In this document: one piece after another, positions 8,898 through 19,219 of the stretch
Layout: the number at the start of each line of letters is the position of its first letter
How positions within the stretch are numbered: the first letter of the stretch is position 1
Assembly: GCA_964484715.1 (NCBI GenBank)
Contig: CAZAFJ010000010.1
Span: forward strand, 1,056 to 65,055
Reading direction: 5' to 3'
DNA: 64,000 bases
Source: an uncultured Anaerolineaceae bacterium
Lineage (GTDB): Bacteria; Chloroflexota; Anaerolineae; Anaerolineales; Anaerolineaceae
Program-made: the position numbers and the translations under genes
The notes under the pieces: model-generated
The model's input: the letters and a program-made list of their open reading frames with translations, nothing else
Databases searched by the model: none
What the model was told of the DNA's origin: nothing

Positions 8898-9849
8898 GTC
8901 GTGTTTTGAGCCAAAGGTAAGCCCGATAGAGCAATGGTTTAAAAACTTTCACATAGGCTGGTGCTGAGCGCGTGACGGTTCCACCAAAACCGCGTTTAAA
9001 GCGGTAAACGCCCCACAAGCCATCGGAACGTTGAGTAAACTGCGCTTCGAGTTCCTCCTCAGTGGCATCAGGAATGCCCCACATGTCATAAAGCGTGGCA
9101 CCTTGAGCTTTAGCGTAGCGCATCGCCTCCCATTGCAATAAATAAGTTGGCATCAGGTTGCGCATTTCATCATTCGAAGCCCCGTAAAAATACCAAGCGC
9201 GGTCGCCGTGCAAGAAGAGCATCAGGTAAGCCAAGGATTGGTTTTCAAAGGAAGCGCGCAAAAGCACACATTCCCCATGGGGTGCGAAAAGCTCAAAGGC
9301 GTTTTTGTAATAAGAAAAAGCATGCACCGCAAAACCATCTCGCGAGCTGGTGATGACGGTTTGTTTGTAAAAATCTTCCAGGTCTTGGCTTTGCTCAACC
9401 TTGACCCCTTTGCGTTCAGCCAGGCGGATGTTGTAGCGCGTTTTTTGCTTCATGTTCGCCAGAATGGCATCTTCATCCCCACTGATATCAATGAGAATGG
9501 TGCCGCGGGGTTGAATCGTATCAGGGTCTTTCGCATAATCCAAAAACAATGAGTCCAGCTGCGCTTGATCAAAAGGCTCATTAATATCTGGTTCGATCTG
9601 CAAAAAGACAGCTTTGCGTCGGCGACACTCAGCCTCAATTTTTGGCAGTAAAATGGACCAGTCTTCAGCAAGAGCTACCTTGGGAACATAGGCTATCGAA
9701 TAGCCTAAAGGCAAGGTCTTAAACAACACTAAAGCGGAACTCTGCTCGCCCTCCAGGCGAACCGCGTCCCATCCATACAGACCTTTGAACTGTCCCCAAT
9801 TGTCTGTTTGTAAAATGTGAGGACTGGAGGCGTATTGATAAAAACTCAT
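8869..9849 (-). CDS. FemAB-family peptidoglycan interpeptide-bridge aminoacyltransferase (paralog)
   Basis: Blocks: LQTDNWGQFK, MKQKTRYNIRLAERKGV, TYLLQWEAMR, GVYRFKRGFGG. It overlaps the downstream paralog by up to 29 bp. Confidence 0.75.
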   Translation of the reverse strand: MSFYQYASSPHILQTDNWGQFKGLYGWDAVRLEGEQSSALVLFKTLPLGYSIAYVPKVALAEDWSILLPKIEAECRRRKAVFLQIEPDINEPFDQAQLDSLFLDYAKDPDTIQPRGTILIDISGDEDAILANMKQKTRYNIRLAERKGVKVEQSQDLEDFYKQTVITSSRDGFAVHAFSYYKNAFELFAPHGECVLLRASFENQSLAYLMLFLHGDRAWYFYGASNDEMRNLMPTYLLQWEAMRYAKAQGATLYDMWGIPDATEEELEAQFTQRSDGLWGVYRFKRGFGGTVTRSAPAYVKVFKPLLYRAYLWLKTRRGGGGNASL

Positions 9850-9852
9850 AAA

Positions 9853-11277
9853 CTAACGGCCTTTGAACCCCAAAACAGAGCCAACCGTCCGCAAAAGAAT
9901 AGTCAGGTCCATCCAAATGGTGGCATGGGAAATGTAATATAGGTCATACTCCAACTTAATTGAAGTTTCTTCAACTGTCTCGGCATAACCTTGATGAATT
10001 TGTGCCCAACCAGTAATACCGGGCTTCACAAGAAATCTGGTGCGATAGAAAGGAACACCGCTTTGGAAAACGCGCACCAACTCACTGCGTTCCGGTCGGG
10101 GCCCCACAAAACTCATCTCACCTTTGAGCACGTTGATCACTTGAGGTAATTCGTCGAGGTGTGTCTTTCGCAATATTTTTCCAAATGGCGTGATGCGGGG
10201 ATCTTTTTGTGCGGTAACTAAACCCGTTTGTGTGTTATCTGCATCCTTACGCATCGTAGGAAACTTGTAAATCGTATAAGGCTTTCCACCACGCCCTAAA
10301 CGCTCTTGTTTGAAAATAATCGGAAATCCATCATCAATAATTAAGCCAATCGCAATCAAGGGGAACAAAACAGCGAGTCCTATCAAGCCAATTAAACCTA
10401 AAAAGATATCCATTAAGCGCTTAAAAATGCGATAAAAACCGCTATTTGGTTTTCGATCAAGAAAGGCACGCACCACCCAATCAGGTTGCAAAAGATCAAT
10501 CGGAACACGTCCAGTAAGGTGTTCAAAAGCATCCTGCATGGTGACAAGTTCAATCCCGGCTTCTTGCGCTTCCAGAATCTCAGCGAACATCCCGGGGTTC
10601 ATCTCATGCGAAATAGCCAAAATCAAGTCACTGACACCCATTTGTTCAACGATGGATTCCATGGTTAAGTAATTGCCCAAAACTGGAATGCCATGGATGC
10701 GTGTGTTCAGCTTCAAGGGGTCATCATCTATAAAGCCAATCAAGTTAAAGGGTTTGGGATCAGACCTGACAATTTCATAGCTAAGTTCAGTGCCGGCTTT
10801 GCCCGCGCCAATAATCAAAACTCGCCTTTGTTGACTAACCGCCTTGAACATGCGGATAAAAATCAATCGCCAAATAATCGTTAAAATTGAGGTAATAATG
10901 ATGAATGCTGCCACACCAACACGCGGAAGCGACATTGGCGGAACCAAAAAGTAAACTACGAGATAGGCTATCGATGCCACAATCAGAGCGATAGCTACCC
11001 CTTTGAGTGTCGATTTAAACTTCCCGGCTTTCCCCAGGTCATAGGTATCCACAAGCAGTACCATCCAAATAAGGGGTAAAAAGTAAAACCAGGTGTCCAC
11101 ACGTGTTCTAAAAAACTCGGCTGTAAAGTCTAAGGCATCAGCTTGAGCCCAGATAAACAAGGACAAAAATAAAGCAATTGCGCCAGCTAGCAAATCACCC
11201 AAAATAAGGATAAAACGCTGTTCTGAATTTTGAAGTCTAAAACGTTCGTAGTGGTTACTTTTTTTTCTCGCTATCAT
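9853..11277 (-). CDS. polyprenyl-phosphate sugar phosphotransferase (bacterial sugar transferase, WbaP/EpsB-like)
   Basis: N-terminal TM helices, a Rossmann-like middle region, and a C-terminal sugar-transferase domain (IYKFPTMR, DELPQ, GEMSFVGPRP). The ATG at 11277 lies 1 nt after the GT2 stop. The track start at 11319 would overlap the GT2 gene. Confidence 0.85.
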   Translation of the reverse strand: MIARKKSNHYERFRLQNSEQRFILILGDLLAGAIALFLSLFIWAQADALDFTAEFFRTRVDTWFYFLPLIWMVLLVDTYDLGKAGKFKSTLKGVAIALIVASIAYLVVYFLVPPMSLPRVGVAAFIIITSILTIIWRLIFIRMFKAVSQQRRVLIIGAGKAGTELSYEIVRSDPKPFNLIGFIDDDPLKLNTRIHGIPVLGNYLTMESIVEQMGVSDLILAISHEMNPGMFAEILEAQEAGIELVTMQDAFEHLTGRVPIDLLQPDWVVRAFLDRKPNSGFYRIFKRLMDIFLGLIGLIGLAVLFPLIAIGLIIDDGFPIIFKQERLGRGGKPYTIYKFPTMRKDADNTQTGLVTAQKDPRITPFGKILRKTHLDELPQVINVLKGEMSFVGPRPERSELVRVFQSGVPFYRTRFLVKPGITGWAQIHQGYAETVEETSIKLEYDLYYISHATIWMDLTILLRTVGSVLGFKGR

Positions 11278-11278
11278 C

Positions 11279-12286
11279 CTACGCTTCCTTCTTTTTGCCT
11301 TTTCCAGAGAATAGCCCAACTAAAAACCCAGTTCCCCAGGTGAAATGCATCGTCGCAATCGCCAAAGCGACACCTAAAATCAGACGAGCATCCTTGTGTT
11401 TAATGCCAAAAGTCAAGCCGACTACCAGCAGAATGAGCCAATAGATAGCCGCAATAGCCAAGAATCCGAACAAGGCGATTCTAAAAAAGAAACTCAAAAT
11501 GGCTAAAGCAAGTAAACCCAAAACAAAAGCGGGAGGTAAAAACTGCCGTAAACGCAAAGTTCCTGGATAACGCTTAAGCATTTGCACCTTCCAAAAGCCG
11601 TAGGTCCAATACTGCTTAGCAAGTCTGCTCAGATTCGGGCGCGCAAAATATTGACATCGAATCTTCGGATCAAACCAGATACGCCCCCCAGATTCACGTA
11701 TGCGGGCATTGAACTCATAATCCTCGTTGGCAATGAGCGTTTCATCAAACAAGCCCACTTTGTCGAGCAAGCTGCGATAAAAAGCGCCATAGGGCACCGT
11801 ATCCACAATCGCCGCGGTTTCACTATGGCGATATTGCGCGTCTCCCACCCCAATCGGATGGCCAGCAGCAAGCGCAATTGAGCATGCGATCCAGCTTTCA
11901 TTGGAAGGCATGATATCCCAACGACCGCCTACATTTTCGCCCTTGCCTGCTTCTAAAGCTTCCACACATAAAGCCACATAATCGCTCTGGGGTATGGAAT
12001 GGGCATCCATGCGCACAATAATCTCACCGCTGGAGGCGAGCATCGCCGTATTGACACCAGCAGGGATAATGCGCATAGGGTTTTCGACCCATTTCAATTT
12101 GAGATGGGGGTGGGCAGCCTGATAATCATCAATCACCTGATGCGTTCGGTCAGTCGAACCCCCATCAGCAATGACAATTTCCATCAGCTCGGTTGGGTAT
12201 GTTTGATTGGCAAGCGCGTCAAGCACGTCTTGAATGGTTTTTTCCTCATTCAAGCATGGAATGACGACAGATACGGTTTTTTGCAT
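11279..12286 (-). CDS. family 2 glycosyltransferase with C-terminal TM helices
   Basis: VSVVIPCLNEE, ADGGSTD and RMDAHS (DxD-like) motifs. Confidence 0.85.
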   Translation of the reverse strand: MQKTVSVVIPCLNEEKTIQDVLDALANQTYPTELMEIVIADGGSTDRTHQVIDDYQAAHPHLKLKWVENPMRIIPAGVNTAMLASSGEIIVRMDAHSIPQSDYVALCVEALEAGKGENVGGRWDIMPSNESWIACSIALAAGHPIGVGDAQYRHSETAAIVDTVPYGAFYRSLLDKVGLFDETLIANEDYEFNARIRESGGRIWFDPKIRCQYFARPNLSRLAKQYWTYGFWKVQMLKRYPGTLRLRQFLPPAFVLGLLALAILSFFFRIALFGFLAIAAIYWLILLVVGLTFGIKHKDARLILGVALAIATMHFTWGTGFLVGLFSGKGKKKEA

Positions 12287-12340
12287 ATATCCTTTTAAGA
12301 GACCGTTTTAGGTCTCGTTTGTTTTTTCGAAACCTGACTC

Positions 12341-12745
12341 TTATTCGTGATGTGGCATGTGCACGATAGCTTCAATTTCGACCAAACCGCCCTTTGGCAA
12401 AGCAGAAACCTGCACAGCCGAGCGCGCGGGTGGGTTTGCGGAGAAATATTCAGCATAGACGGCATTGACTTTGGCAAAGTCACCCATGTCCATCAGAAAG
12501 ACAGTTGTTTTGACCACGTTGTCAAGACTGGTGCCGGCGCTTTCAAGAATAGCGCGCAGGTTCTTAAGAGCCTGATGGGTTTGGGCTTCAACGCCACCCT
12601 CAACCAAAACGCCACTAGCTGGGTCGAACCCTAATTGACCAGAAATAAAAGCTAAATGACCAACTTTCACACCGATTGAGTAAGGGCCAATCGCGGGGGG
12701 AACCTGGTCGCAGGTGATGATTTCTTTATTACAACAGTGTTTCAT
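12341..12745 (-). CDS. ridA: RidA/YjgF-family reactive-intermediate deaminase
   Basis: APPAIGPYSIG, ISGQLGFDP and ARSAVQVSALPKGGLVEIEAI are typical family blocks. Confidence 0.85.
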   Translation of the reverse strand: MKHCCNKEIITCDQVPPAIGPYSIGVKVGHLAFISGQLGFDPASGVLVEGGVEAQTHQALKNLRAILESAGTSLDNVVKTTVFLMDMGDFAKVNAVYAEYFSANPPARSAVQVSALPKGGLVEIEAIVHMPHHE

Positions 12746-12855
12746 ATTCTTTATGCCTCGTTCGTTTTTTGATAGTTGTGATTATAACATTGCATGACTT
12801 TCGTTGCCCTTTCATCTATTGCCAGGGCATCCTTAAGCTCTCTAAAAAGGCACAG

Positions 12856-13173
12856 CTATGCCTGCCAATCGCCGATATCTTTCCAAGTGTGGTCCAAATG
12901 TTCAGCCAAAACTTCGCCCAAACGACGCTTGATCGTTTTGCGCACGGAGCTCATCAAAGGCAAACCACCCATGGCATCAATGGCGTGGCCAATTTGTCTG
13001 GCTTCTTTATGATGGCATTGCCCATTAAAAGGCCCGCCTGGAATGAGCGATAAAAAATCATCCGTATTGCCGATGTGCACGAGTTGCTCAATCTTAAGCT
13101 TTAACTCAGCCTTTTGCTGGGCACTTAAACTGCGGATAGCCGCGTCACCAAATAGTTTGCTAAACAAAGTCAT
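12856..13173 (-). CDS. hypothetical protein
   Basis: The ORF was trimmed to the ATG at 13173 because a TATAAT lies inside the longer 13242 version. No family recognised. Confidence 0.4.
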   Translation of the reverse strand: MTLFSKLFGDAAIRSLSAQQKAELKLKIEQLVHIGNTDDFLSLIPGGPFNGQCHHKEARQIGHAIDAMGGLPLMSSVRKTIKRRLGEVLAEHLDHTWKDIGDWQA

Positions 13174-13266
13174 TTCGACGCCTTTTTCTTTTATTATACA
13201 TGTTAGCCAAAGGCTTGTGGGAGCCTTGGTCATCAAACCCAAAGCGAAATAGCAGGATTTAACGCC

Positions 13267-15060
13267 TTATTCGCTCGCTTCCGGGTCCTTCCAATCCATT
13301 CGTGCGGTGTTAAAGATCATCTCCAGCATTTCCACGCGTTCCGCAGGTGTCGCCCAGGTTGCTTTTACACGATCCAAAAATCGAATGGTGAGCAGTTCGG
13401 TTGAAATATGCCGCCCTTGGTAAAAGACGTGGCGATCAATGAAGCCCCAATGGGTATAGGTGTCAATGCCATACTGGTCAAAGAAGAGATTACCCAAACC
13501 ATAATGCGCAAAGCCACCGTTCACAAACTCAGCATAATGCGGTTGATGTGCCTGGCTACCACTGGCAATCACCGCGCCAGCATCCAACACCAAACCAAAA
13601 TCACGAACCAGCCATGCCAACGGTGACCAGTCATAAAACTCCTCATGCTGGAATGTGACAATCGGCAAGTAACCTTCCTCACGCAACTGCCGTGTTGTTT
13701 CAGCCATGTAGTCCATATCGCAATGATAGGCACCAGTGCTATCTTCACTCGCACGAGCAAAATTAGGTGACTTGGCATTGCAACCCAAAAAGGCGATTTT
13801 GTTGCCGTTGACCTCCAGCTTAATAGGCGCGCGGGCATCAAATATGTCCCGTCCACCGCCATAATACGCCCAGCCTTCCTGGTCATATAAGCCTAAAGTA
13901 AAGAGCATTGCTTCCGAGCCATAATCCTGAAAATGGTCGCCGGTCAGTTCCACGACATCCGTGCCAATATGCCTCAAGAGTTCCATATAAGAATCCGGGG
14001 AACACAAGGTCAGATATGTCCCCACCGATTGTTTGGGACAGTTTTCGGCAAAGGGAATTTCGTTACTGATGTGCAAGATGTCCGCTTCACGTAGAACTTC
14101 GGCGAGATCCTCACCAGGCACCAGAATGCCGCGTTCGTCCATACCAGCCGCCGTGCCACGCGCCATGGCCGTGACTCCGGTCAAAATGACTGTTGCGAGT
14201 TCTTCGGGCTTATAGTTCACCAAAGGCAGTTTGTCTTTATGGAGAGAAAAATAGCGTTTAGAGGCTTCAAGTCCTATGGGGTCGTCATTGTAAAAAGACA
14301 AAGGAATGGTCAAGGCATAGCTTAATGGTTCAAAAGCTTTATGGATGGGCGCCTGCCCATCTAAGGCAATCACTTTCCAGCGTGGTTCAAGCTCCTCAAA
14401 AGAGACGATTGCCCAGGTTTTTTCAGTCGTCCAGGCTTCTTTCAACATCGCTAGCTTCTGGTCATTATAGCGTTCAAGATCAAAAGAATAATCAAAAACT
14501 TCGACCGTTCCTTTAGGCTCACCCCACAGCCAGGTAAGCGCATGCTTGGCATAGGGGAACATCAAAAGCCGATCAAAATGCTCGTTTTCACCTTTTTGCC
14601 AAAATGTTTTTAAATTCTCGGTGGGGATCTCATCCACAACCGTCGGAAATGGAGCTGCCAATGCCAGCACTATTTCCCCGATTTTGTTTTCGTCACCAGC
14701 CTTTACAAAGGTGCAAGGTAGATCAGAGGATAAGGGCTCTTGATTCGCAATTTGCAAAAGCTCACTTGCAATCGGCAGAGGCAAAAAATCATTTAGAGGC
14801 TTACATACGGTCGGCCATTCATCGTAATTCGACTGATCGTCTCCATTATCAGATGGTGTAACCTCCGGTGTTGCAACCGCTTCTTTGACAGGCTCCTCGT
14901 TAACCTTGGTTAGTTCCTTGTCAGGTCTAAGGCTTGGCACTTGCGTTTCCATCGCCGTCGAACCGGGCTCAGACACAATTTCAGATCGCGGCTGACAAGC
15001 TACAAGTACAACCAGGATTATTCCGATTAAACATAAAATGCTGTTTCGATAGCGCATCAT
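13267..15060 (-). CDS. CapA-family (PGA_cap metallophosphatase-like) lipoprotein with a long N-terminal extension
   Basis: Lipobox LVVLVAC. The C-terminal half has CapA-like blocks: HISNEIPF, LTGDHFQDYG, GGGRD, IAFLGCNA, VTFQHEE, SGSQAHQPH. Confidence 0.75.
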   Translation of the reverse strand: MMRYRNSILCLIGIILVVLVACQPRSEIVSEPGSTAMETQVPSLRPDKELTKVNEEPVKEAVATPEVTPSDNGDDQSNYDEWPTVCKPLNDFLPLPIASELLQIANQEPLSSDLPCTFVKAGDENKIGEIVLALAAPFPTVVDEIPTENLKTFWQKGENEHFDRLLMFPYAKHALTWLWGEPKGTVEVFDYSFDLERYNDQKLAMLKEAWTTEKTWAIVSFEELEPRWKVIALDGQAPIHKAFEPLSYALTIPLSFYNDDPIGLEASKRYFSLHKDKLPLVNYKPEELATVILTGVTAMARGTAAGMDERGILVPGEDLAEVLREADILHISNEIPFAENCPKQSVGTYLTLCSPDSYMELLRHIGTDVVELTGDHFQDYGSEAMLFTLGLYDQEGWAYYGGGRDIFDARAPIKLEVNGNKIAFLGCNAKSPNFARASEDSTGAYHCDMDYMAETTRQLREEGYLPIVTFQHEEFYDWSPLAWLVRDFGLVLDAGAVIASGSQAHQPHYAEFVNGGFAHYGLGNLFFDQYGIDTYTHWGFIDRHVFYQGRHISTELLTIRFLDRVKATWATPAERVEMLEMIFNTARMDWKDPEASE

Positions 15061-15196
15061 TCATCTTCCTTAAATTCCAAAGAATGAAATTCCACTTTGC
15101 ATTATACGCCAATTTCAAGCTTCAATTTTTTGCTTGCATGATATGATTAAGGCGTTGTTTATCGTACCCGTTTCAAGTTTATCAAGGAGGCAACCG

Positions 15197-16474
15197 ATGA
15201 AAACCCACAAATCCGAACCACCCATCCAATGGCTGGTCAATGATCTCGCCCTTTCCAACCCGCAATCCAAATTAGCCATGGAGCTCTTTCCACCCGGACT
15301 GGGGCAACACATCCGCCGCCTGCACAGCGACATCCCTGGCTACCGCATGAGCCCGCTCAAGGGTCTGCCGCACTTGGCCAATCGCTTAGGTTTAGGTGGT
15401 ATTTGGGTCAAGGATGAATCCGAACGTCTCACGCTCAACTCCTTCAAGGTGCTTGGCGGTTCCTACGCGATTTACAAGCGCCTGTTACAACGCGCTGGTC
15501 TGGACGAGGAGCAAATCTCCCTGCGAGATGTCCTCAGCCTGACGGGCAGCATCCGCGAAAAACTAGGCCACCCGATTTTCTGTACTGCGACCGATGGCAA
15601 CCATGGCCGCGGAGTCGCCTGGGCAGCCAACAAAATGGGGTTTCATTCCATCATTTATGTGCATAAACTGACCACAAAAGACCGCATCCAAGCCATTGAA
15701 CGCGAAGGTGGCGAAGTTCGCGTGGTTGACGGCAATTACGACGACGCCGTACGCCAGGCAAGCCTTGACGCCGCTGCCAACGGCTGGGATGTGATTTCGG
15801 ACACCTCATGGGAAGGCTATGAAGACGTGCCCAAGTGGATTATGCAAGGCTACGCCACCATGTTGGTCGAGTCCCAAGAGCAATTCGCCGCTATGGGCAT
15901 CATGCGCCCCAGCCACCTCTTTGTGCAAGCCGGCGTGGGTTCGCTCGCAGCCGCGGCGATTGGCTATTACAACCAGCTTTTTGAGGATAATGTGCCGCTT
16001 TCCATGGTCGTTGAACCCACCAACGCCGCCTGCCTTTATGAATCTTTGCGCATCGGCGACGGCAAACCGCACAGCATTCAAGGCGACCTCAATACCATCA
16101 TGGCAGGTTTAGCCTGTGGCGACCCCAACCCAATTGCCTGGGAAACGCTGTATAACTGTGCTGACTTTTTTGCCAAATGTCCTGATTATGTGGCAGCAAA
16201 AGGCATGCGCGTTTACGCCGTCCCGCTGAGTGACGACCCCTTTATCGTCTCGGGCGAATCCGGCGCGGTAACGCTTGGCGCACTGATGTACATCATGGAG
16301 CATGACAGCTGTTACCCACTGCGCAAAATGCTTGGTCTTGGCCGCGACTCGCAGGTGATGCTTATCAATAGCGAGGGCAATACCTCACCCGACGAATTCC
16401 GTAGCGTGGTTTGGGAAGGTGGCGAACCTGTGCCTGAGGAATATAAGACCTTTAGGGTCGAAACCGCAATGTAA
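15197..16474 (+). CDS. dpaL: diaminopropionate ammonia-lyase (PLP-dependent)
   Basis: VKDESERLTLNSFKVLGG (PLP lysine) and ATDGNHGRGVAWAA. A strong AAGGAGG RBS precedes the ATG at 15197; the track start at 15134 is TTG. Confidence 0.8.
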   Translation: MKTHKSEPPIQWLVNDLALSNPQSKLAMELFPPGLGQHIRRLHSDIPGYRMSPLKGLPHLANRLGLGGIWVKDESERLTLNSFKVLGGSYAIYKRLLQRAGLDEEQISLRDVLSLTGSIREKLGHPIFCTATDGNHGRGVAWAANKMGFHSIIYVHKLTTKDRIQAIEREGGEVRVVDGNYDDAVRQASLDAAANGWDVISDTSWEGYEDVPKWIMQGYATMLVESQEQFAAMGIMRPSHLFVQAGVGSLAAAAIGYYNQLFEDNVPLSMVVEPTNAACLYESLRIGDGKPHSIQGDLNTIMAGLACGDPNPIAWETLYNCADFFAKCPDYVAAKGMRVYAVPLSDDPFIVSGESGAVTLGALMYIMEHDSCYPLRKMLGLGRDSQVMLINSEGNTSPDEFRSVVWEGGEPVPEEYKTFRVETAM

Positions 16475-16544
16475 GGAGCATCACCCCCCAATCATGCATC
16501 CCAAAGGCGTTTCGCCAAAGGCAAGTAACTTGGTTAATAAACAA

Positions 16545-16574
16545 AAGGCAGCTCTCGAAGCTGCCTTAATTTTT
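16545..16574. terminator. bidirectional intrinsic terminator between dpaL and the 16594 membrane gene
   Basis: AAGGCAGCT-CTCGA-AGCTGCCTT, preceded by an A-run and followed by AATTTTT. Confidence 0.55.
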
Positions 16575-16593
16575 CCCATCCGACTAAAATCAA

Positions 16594-17106
16594 CTATCCT
16601 TCGTTACCGACAACGATGACTTCTTCTTCCTCATCGGGGTATTCGGCTTCCAGTTTCTCAAGCTTGAACAAATGCACCAAGCCCCAAACCAAAAAGCCAA
16701 GAACAATCACATGGAAGATAACCGCATACAGATCGCCAATCATGACTGCGGGGATGATGTCCAAAGCATAAAGAACGATACCAATAATATAGGCAACTTT
16801 GTTGCGCTTGCGAGCGAGAAAACCCAAAATAACCATTACGAAAACAAAAATCAGACTCATGATCAATGAGATCGTTCTGGGTTGTATGTTGGCGAATATA
16901 GAAAGTTGATTATTCTCTAAGTACTTACTAATCGAAAGACCAATCGCGAAACGAACCGTGCTTTCAGGATTGGTGAGCCGAATAATCAAATTCACAACGG
17001 TTATGGCTGCTAACCAAAAATACCATGAAGCACCACTTTTAAAATTAGAATAATGAAGCGCTTTTTCTTGTTCAATTTTGTCAAACTGAGTTTTTTCCTG
17101 GATCAT
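16594..17106 (-). CDS. hypothetical multi-pass membrane protein
   Basis: Four hydrophobic helices. A GGAGGT RBS lies 4 nt before the ATG at 17106; the track start at 17118 is TTG. Confidence 0.5.
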   Translation of the reverse strand: MIQEKTQFDKIEQEKALHYSNFKSGASWYFWLAAITVVNLIIRLTNPESTVRFAIGLSISKYLENNQLSIFANIQPRTISLIMSLIFVFVMVILGFLARKRNKVAYIIGIVLYALDIIPAVMIGDLYAVIFHVIVLGFLVWGLVHLFKLEKLEAEYPDEEEEVIVVGNEG

Positions 17107-17164
17107 TTCGACCTCCAATTCAAGATGGCTTAATTGTATCGCTTTATGAAGAAATCAGCGACAT

Positions 17165-18157
17165 CTAAGGTTTTATTTTAAGGGCACCCTCAGTCACGGA
17201 CCCGTTCGGTTTGCTAACGCCCAACCTCACTAATAAAACGCCAGAAAGAACCAAAACCGTGCCTAAAAGCTGTAAGGGGAGCAGTTTTTCATGAAGAATG
17301 AGCCAAGCTAAAATCGCCGTAAGAGGTGGTTCGAGGGTCAGGATGAGATTGGCAATGCTGGAGGGTAAAATGGTCAGGCTTTGATTAAACAAGCCATATC
17401 CAACAACTAGTGGAACGGTTAACAAAGCCATATTCAGCCATGCCATGGGGTCTTTGCTGAAGGTAAAAAGTGTCTTGAGATCTGGTGCCTGTCCTGGAAT
17501 GAAATTGAAAGGCAGCACATTGAGGATGAAAAGCGAAATCATCGCGAAAAAGAAAAGATAAAAAGTGCTCGTCCACGGGTTGATGCCCCTTTGCGCGGAG
17601 AAACGGCCAAAAATGGCGTAAAAAGCATAGATTAGACCCGAAAGAAGACCCAAGCCTAAACCCAACCAGTTGGTTTTTAATTCTGAACCTGCCAAGGCGA
17701 CTAAAGCGCAACCTCCTAAGCCCAAAACGATAGCCAAGCCTTTTAGCCATGAAAAGCGTTCTTTCAAAAGCCACCAACCCAAAAAACTGGTCAAAGGCGC
17801 CGAGAAGTAAATCAAAACAGTCGCGACTGAAGCACTATTGAATTGAATTGAAAATGTCCAGATCGAATTAAGTAAGGTAAAAACCAAACCATAAAGCGCG
17901 ATAAAGCCAAAATGTTTGCGCTCCAGCTTGAGTAAAGAGGGTTTAAAAATCAAGAATGCTGGCAATAGCAGGGCGATGCCCAGAATATTGCGCCAGAAAG
18001 TAATCATTAAAGCGGGCAGCCCGTAAGTGGTGTTGAGAATCTTAATAAAAAGAGGCGTTAAGGAAAAAAGAATTGCCGCTACAATGGCGTAAAAAAAGCC
18101 ACGACTCCGGGAAGCTTTGGCAGCTTGGTCAGTTTTTGGGTTCGTTTTTTTGCTCAT
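17165..18157 (-). CDS. EamA/DMT-family transporter
   Basis: About 10 TM helices in two repeated EamA-like halves; 330 aa. Confidence 0.8.
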   Translation of the reverse strand: MSKKTNPKTDQAAKASRSRGFFYAIVAAILFSLTPLFIKILNTTYGLPALMITFWRNILGIALLLPAFLIFKPSLLKLERKHFGFIALYGLVFTLLNSIWTFSIQFNSASVATVLIYFSAPLTSFLGWWLLKERFSWLKGLAIVLGLGGCALVALAGSELKTNWLGLGLGLLSGLIYAFYAIFGRFSAQRGINPWTSTFYLFFFAMISLFILNVLPFNFIPGQAPDLKTLFTFSKDPMAWLNMALLTVPLVVGYGLFNQSLTILPSSIANLILTLEPPLTAILAWLILHEKLLPLQLLGTVLVLSGVLLVRLGVSKPNGSVTEGALKIKP

Positions 18158-18380
18158 GCAAATGAGTTTATCACGCTCAGTCTAAAATTGTGACTTTAGT
18201 CACTTTTTCACCAAAACTTAAATGAACGCTGCCTTCAATCAGTCAACATTAAACAGGCACAATTGCAATATCCAAAAGTTTTCAGGCGCAAAATCCAAGA
18301 GTCCAAAATAAGGACTATAAATTCAAACAATGTACGGCAATCTTTATCTCACAGTCTGAAAAACAAACACCGAGTATTCT

Positions 18381-18968
18381 TTACTTAATAATCTCTGCCT
18401 CTTCCAGCCATTTCTCTTGTGTGCCCACATCGCCACTGGCGATTTTTTCGAGCAAACCGAGTGAAGTTCGCGCGGTATAAACCGGCTTACCTTTGATTGT
18501 CAGCATGACGGTTACTACAAAACCCTCTGGTAAATGATTAGTGAGCTCCGAAACGGTAGACAAGCCCGTGACCGCCAATGTAACTGTGTGTGCGATAGTT
18601 GGATAAAGCATCGTAAGCACGCCGAAATCATCCACTTTGCATTTAATAGTCAAGTTCTTGGGTTGATTCCATTGAGCCATACATGTTGTGTTACCAACCT
18701 TATGGTCCGAATCAAAAGTGCTTTTAATGGTTTGCCGAATCTCTTCCAGTTTCGGATTATCAGTAGCCTCGTAAACGCCATCATCCAAAGAATCCCCCAA
18801 GATTTCTTCGTCAGACAGCTGTTCCACTTCTAGTGTCGAACTCTTCTTATCTGAGCCTAATTCTTTAGCTATATCCACAAAAGAATCCAGTGGGATTTTG
18901 CTCTTAATAAACCCGCAAGCAGTCAAGGTCATGGTTAAAACCAAACACAACAACATTATTTTTTTCAT
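18381..18968 (-). CDS. hypothetical lipoprotein
   Basis: Signal peptide with lipobox LTLTAC. No family recognised. Confidence 0.55.
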   Translation of the reverse strand: MKKIMLLCLVLTMTLTACGFIKSKIPLDSFVDIAKELGSDKKSSTLEVEQLSDEEILGDSLDDGVYEATDNPKLEEIRQTIKSTFDSDHKVGNTTCMAQWNQPKNLTIKCKVDDFGVLTMLYPTIAHTVTLAVTGLSTVSELTNHLPEGFVVTVMLTIKGKPVYTARTSLGLLEKIASGDVGTQEKWLEEAEIIK

Positions 18969-19219
18969 CTTTACACCAGTCATTCTGATTTACCCTTAAT
19001 AAGCTATGGCTTACACCAGATCGTCCCCTTCTATTACGTTCACAAACAACACATCTAATTGCCAGATGCTATCAAATTCATTTTACAACTTTTATATAAA
19101 AAAACACAAGGTTTTTTGTTCGTTTTCACTCGCTTCAATGCGAGGTATAGATTTTAATTTATAATAAGGACCAGTATTTCGCTCTGATTAAGCGGTTCAA
19201 ACATTCAATCATAGGGGCT

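Noticed and set aside
12287-12340. Hairpin GAGACC-GTTTTA-GGTCTC between ridA and the GT2 gene as a terminator.
   Set aside because: The T-run follows it only on the plus strand, where no gene ends. On the coding (minus) strand it lacks a U-tract, so its role is not supportable.
15134-15196. N-terminal extensions proposed by the ORF track from TTG or GTG starts (15134 dpaL, 33781 hutU, 17118, 2828, 20761, 33835, 63756, 18983).
   Set aside because: Downstream ATGs have strong GGAGG-type RBSs or a TATAAT at leaderless distance. In several cases the promoter lies inside the extension.
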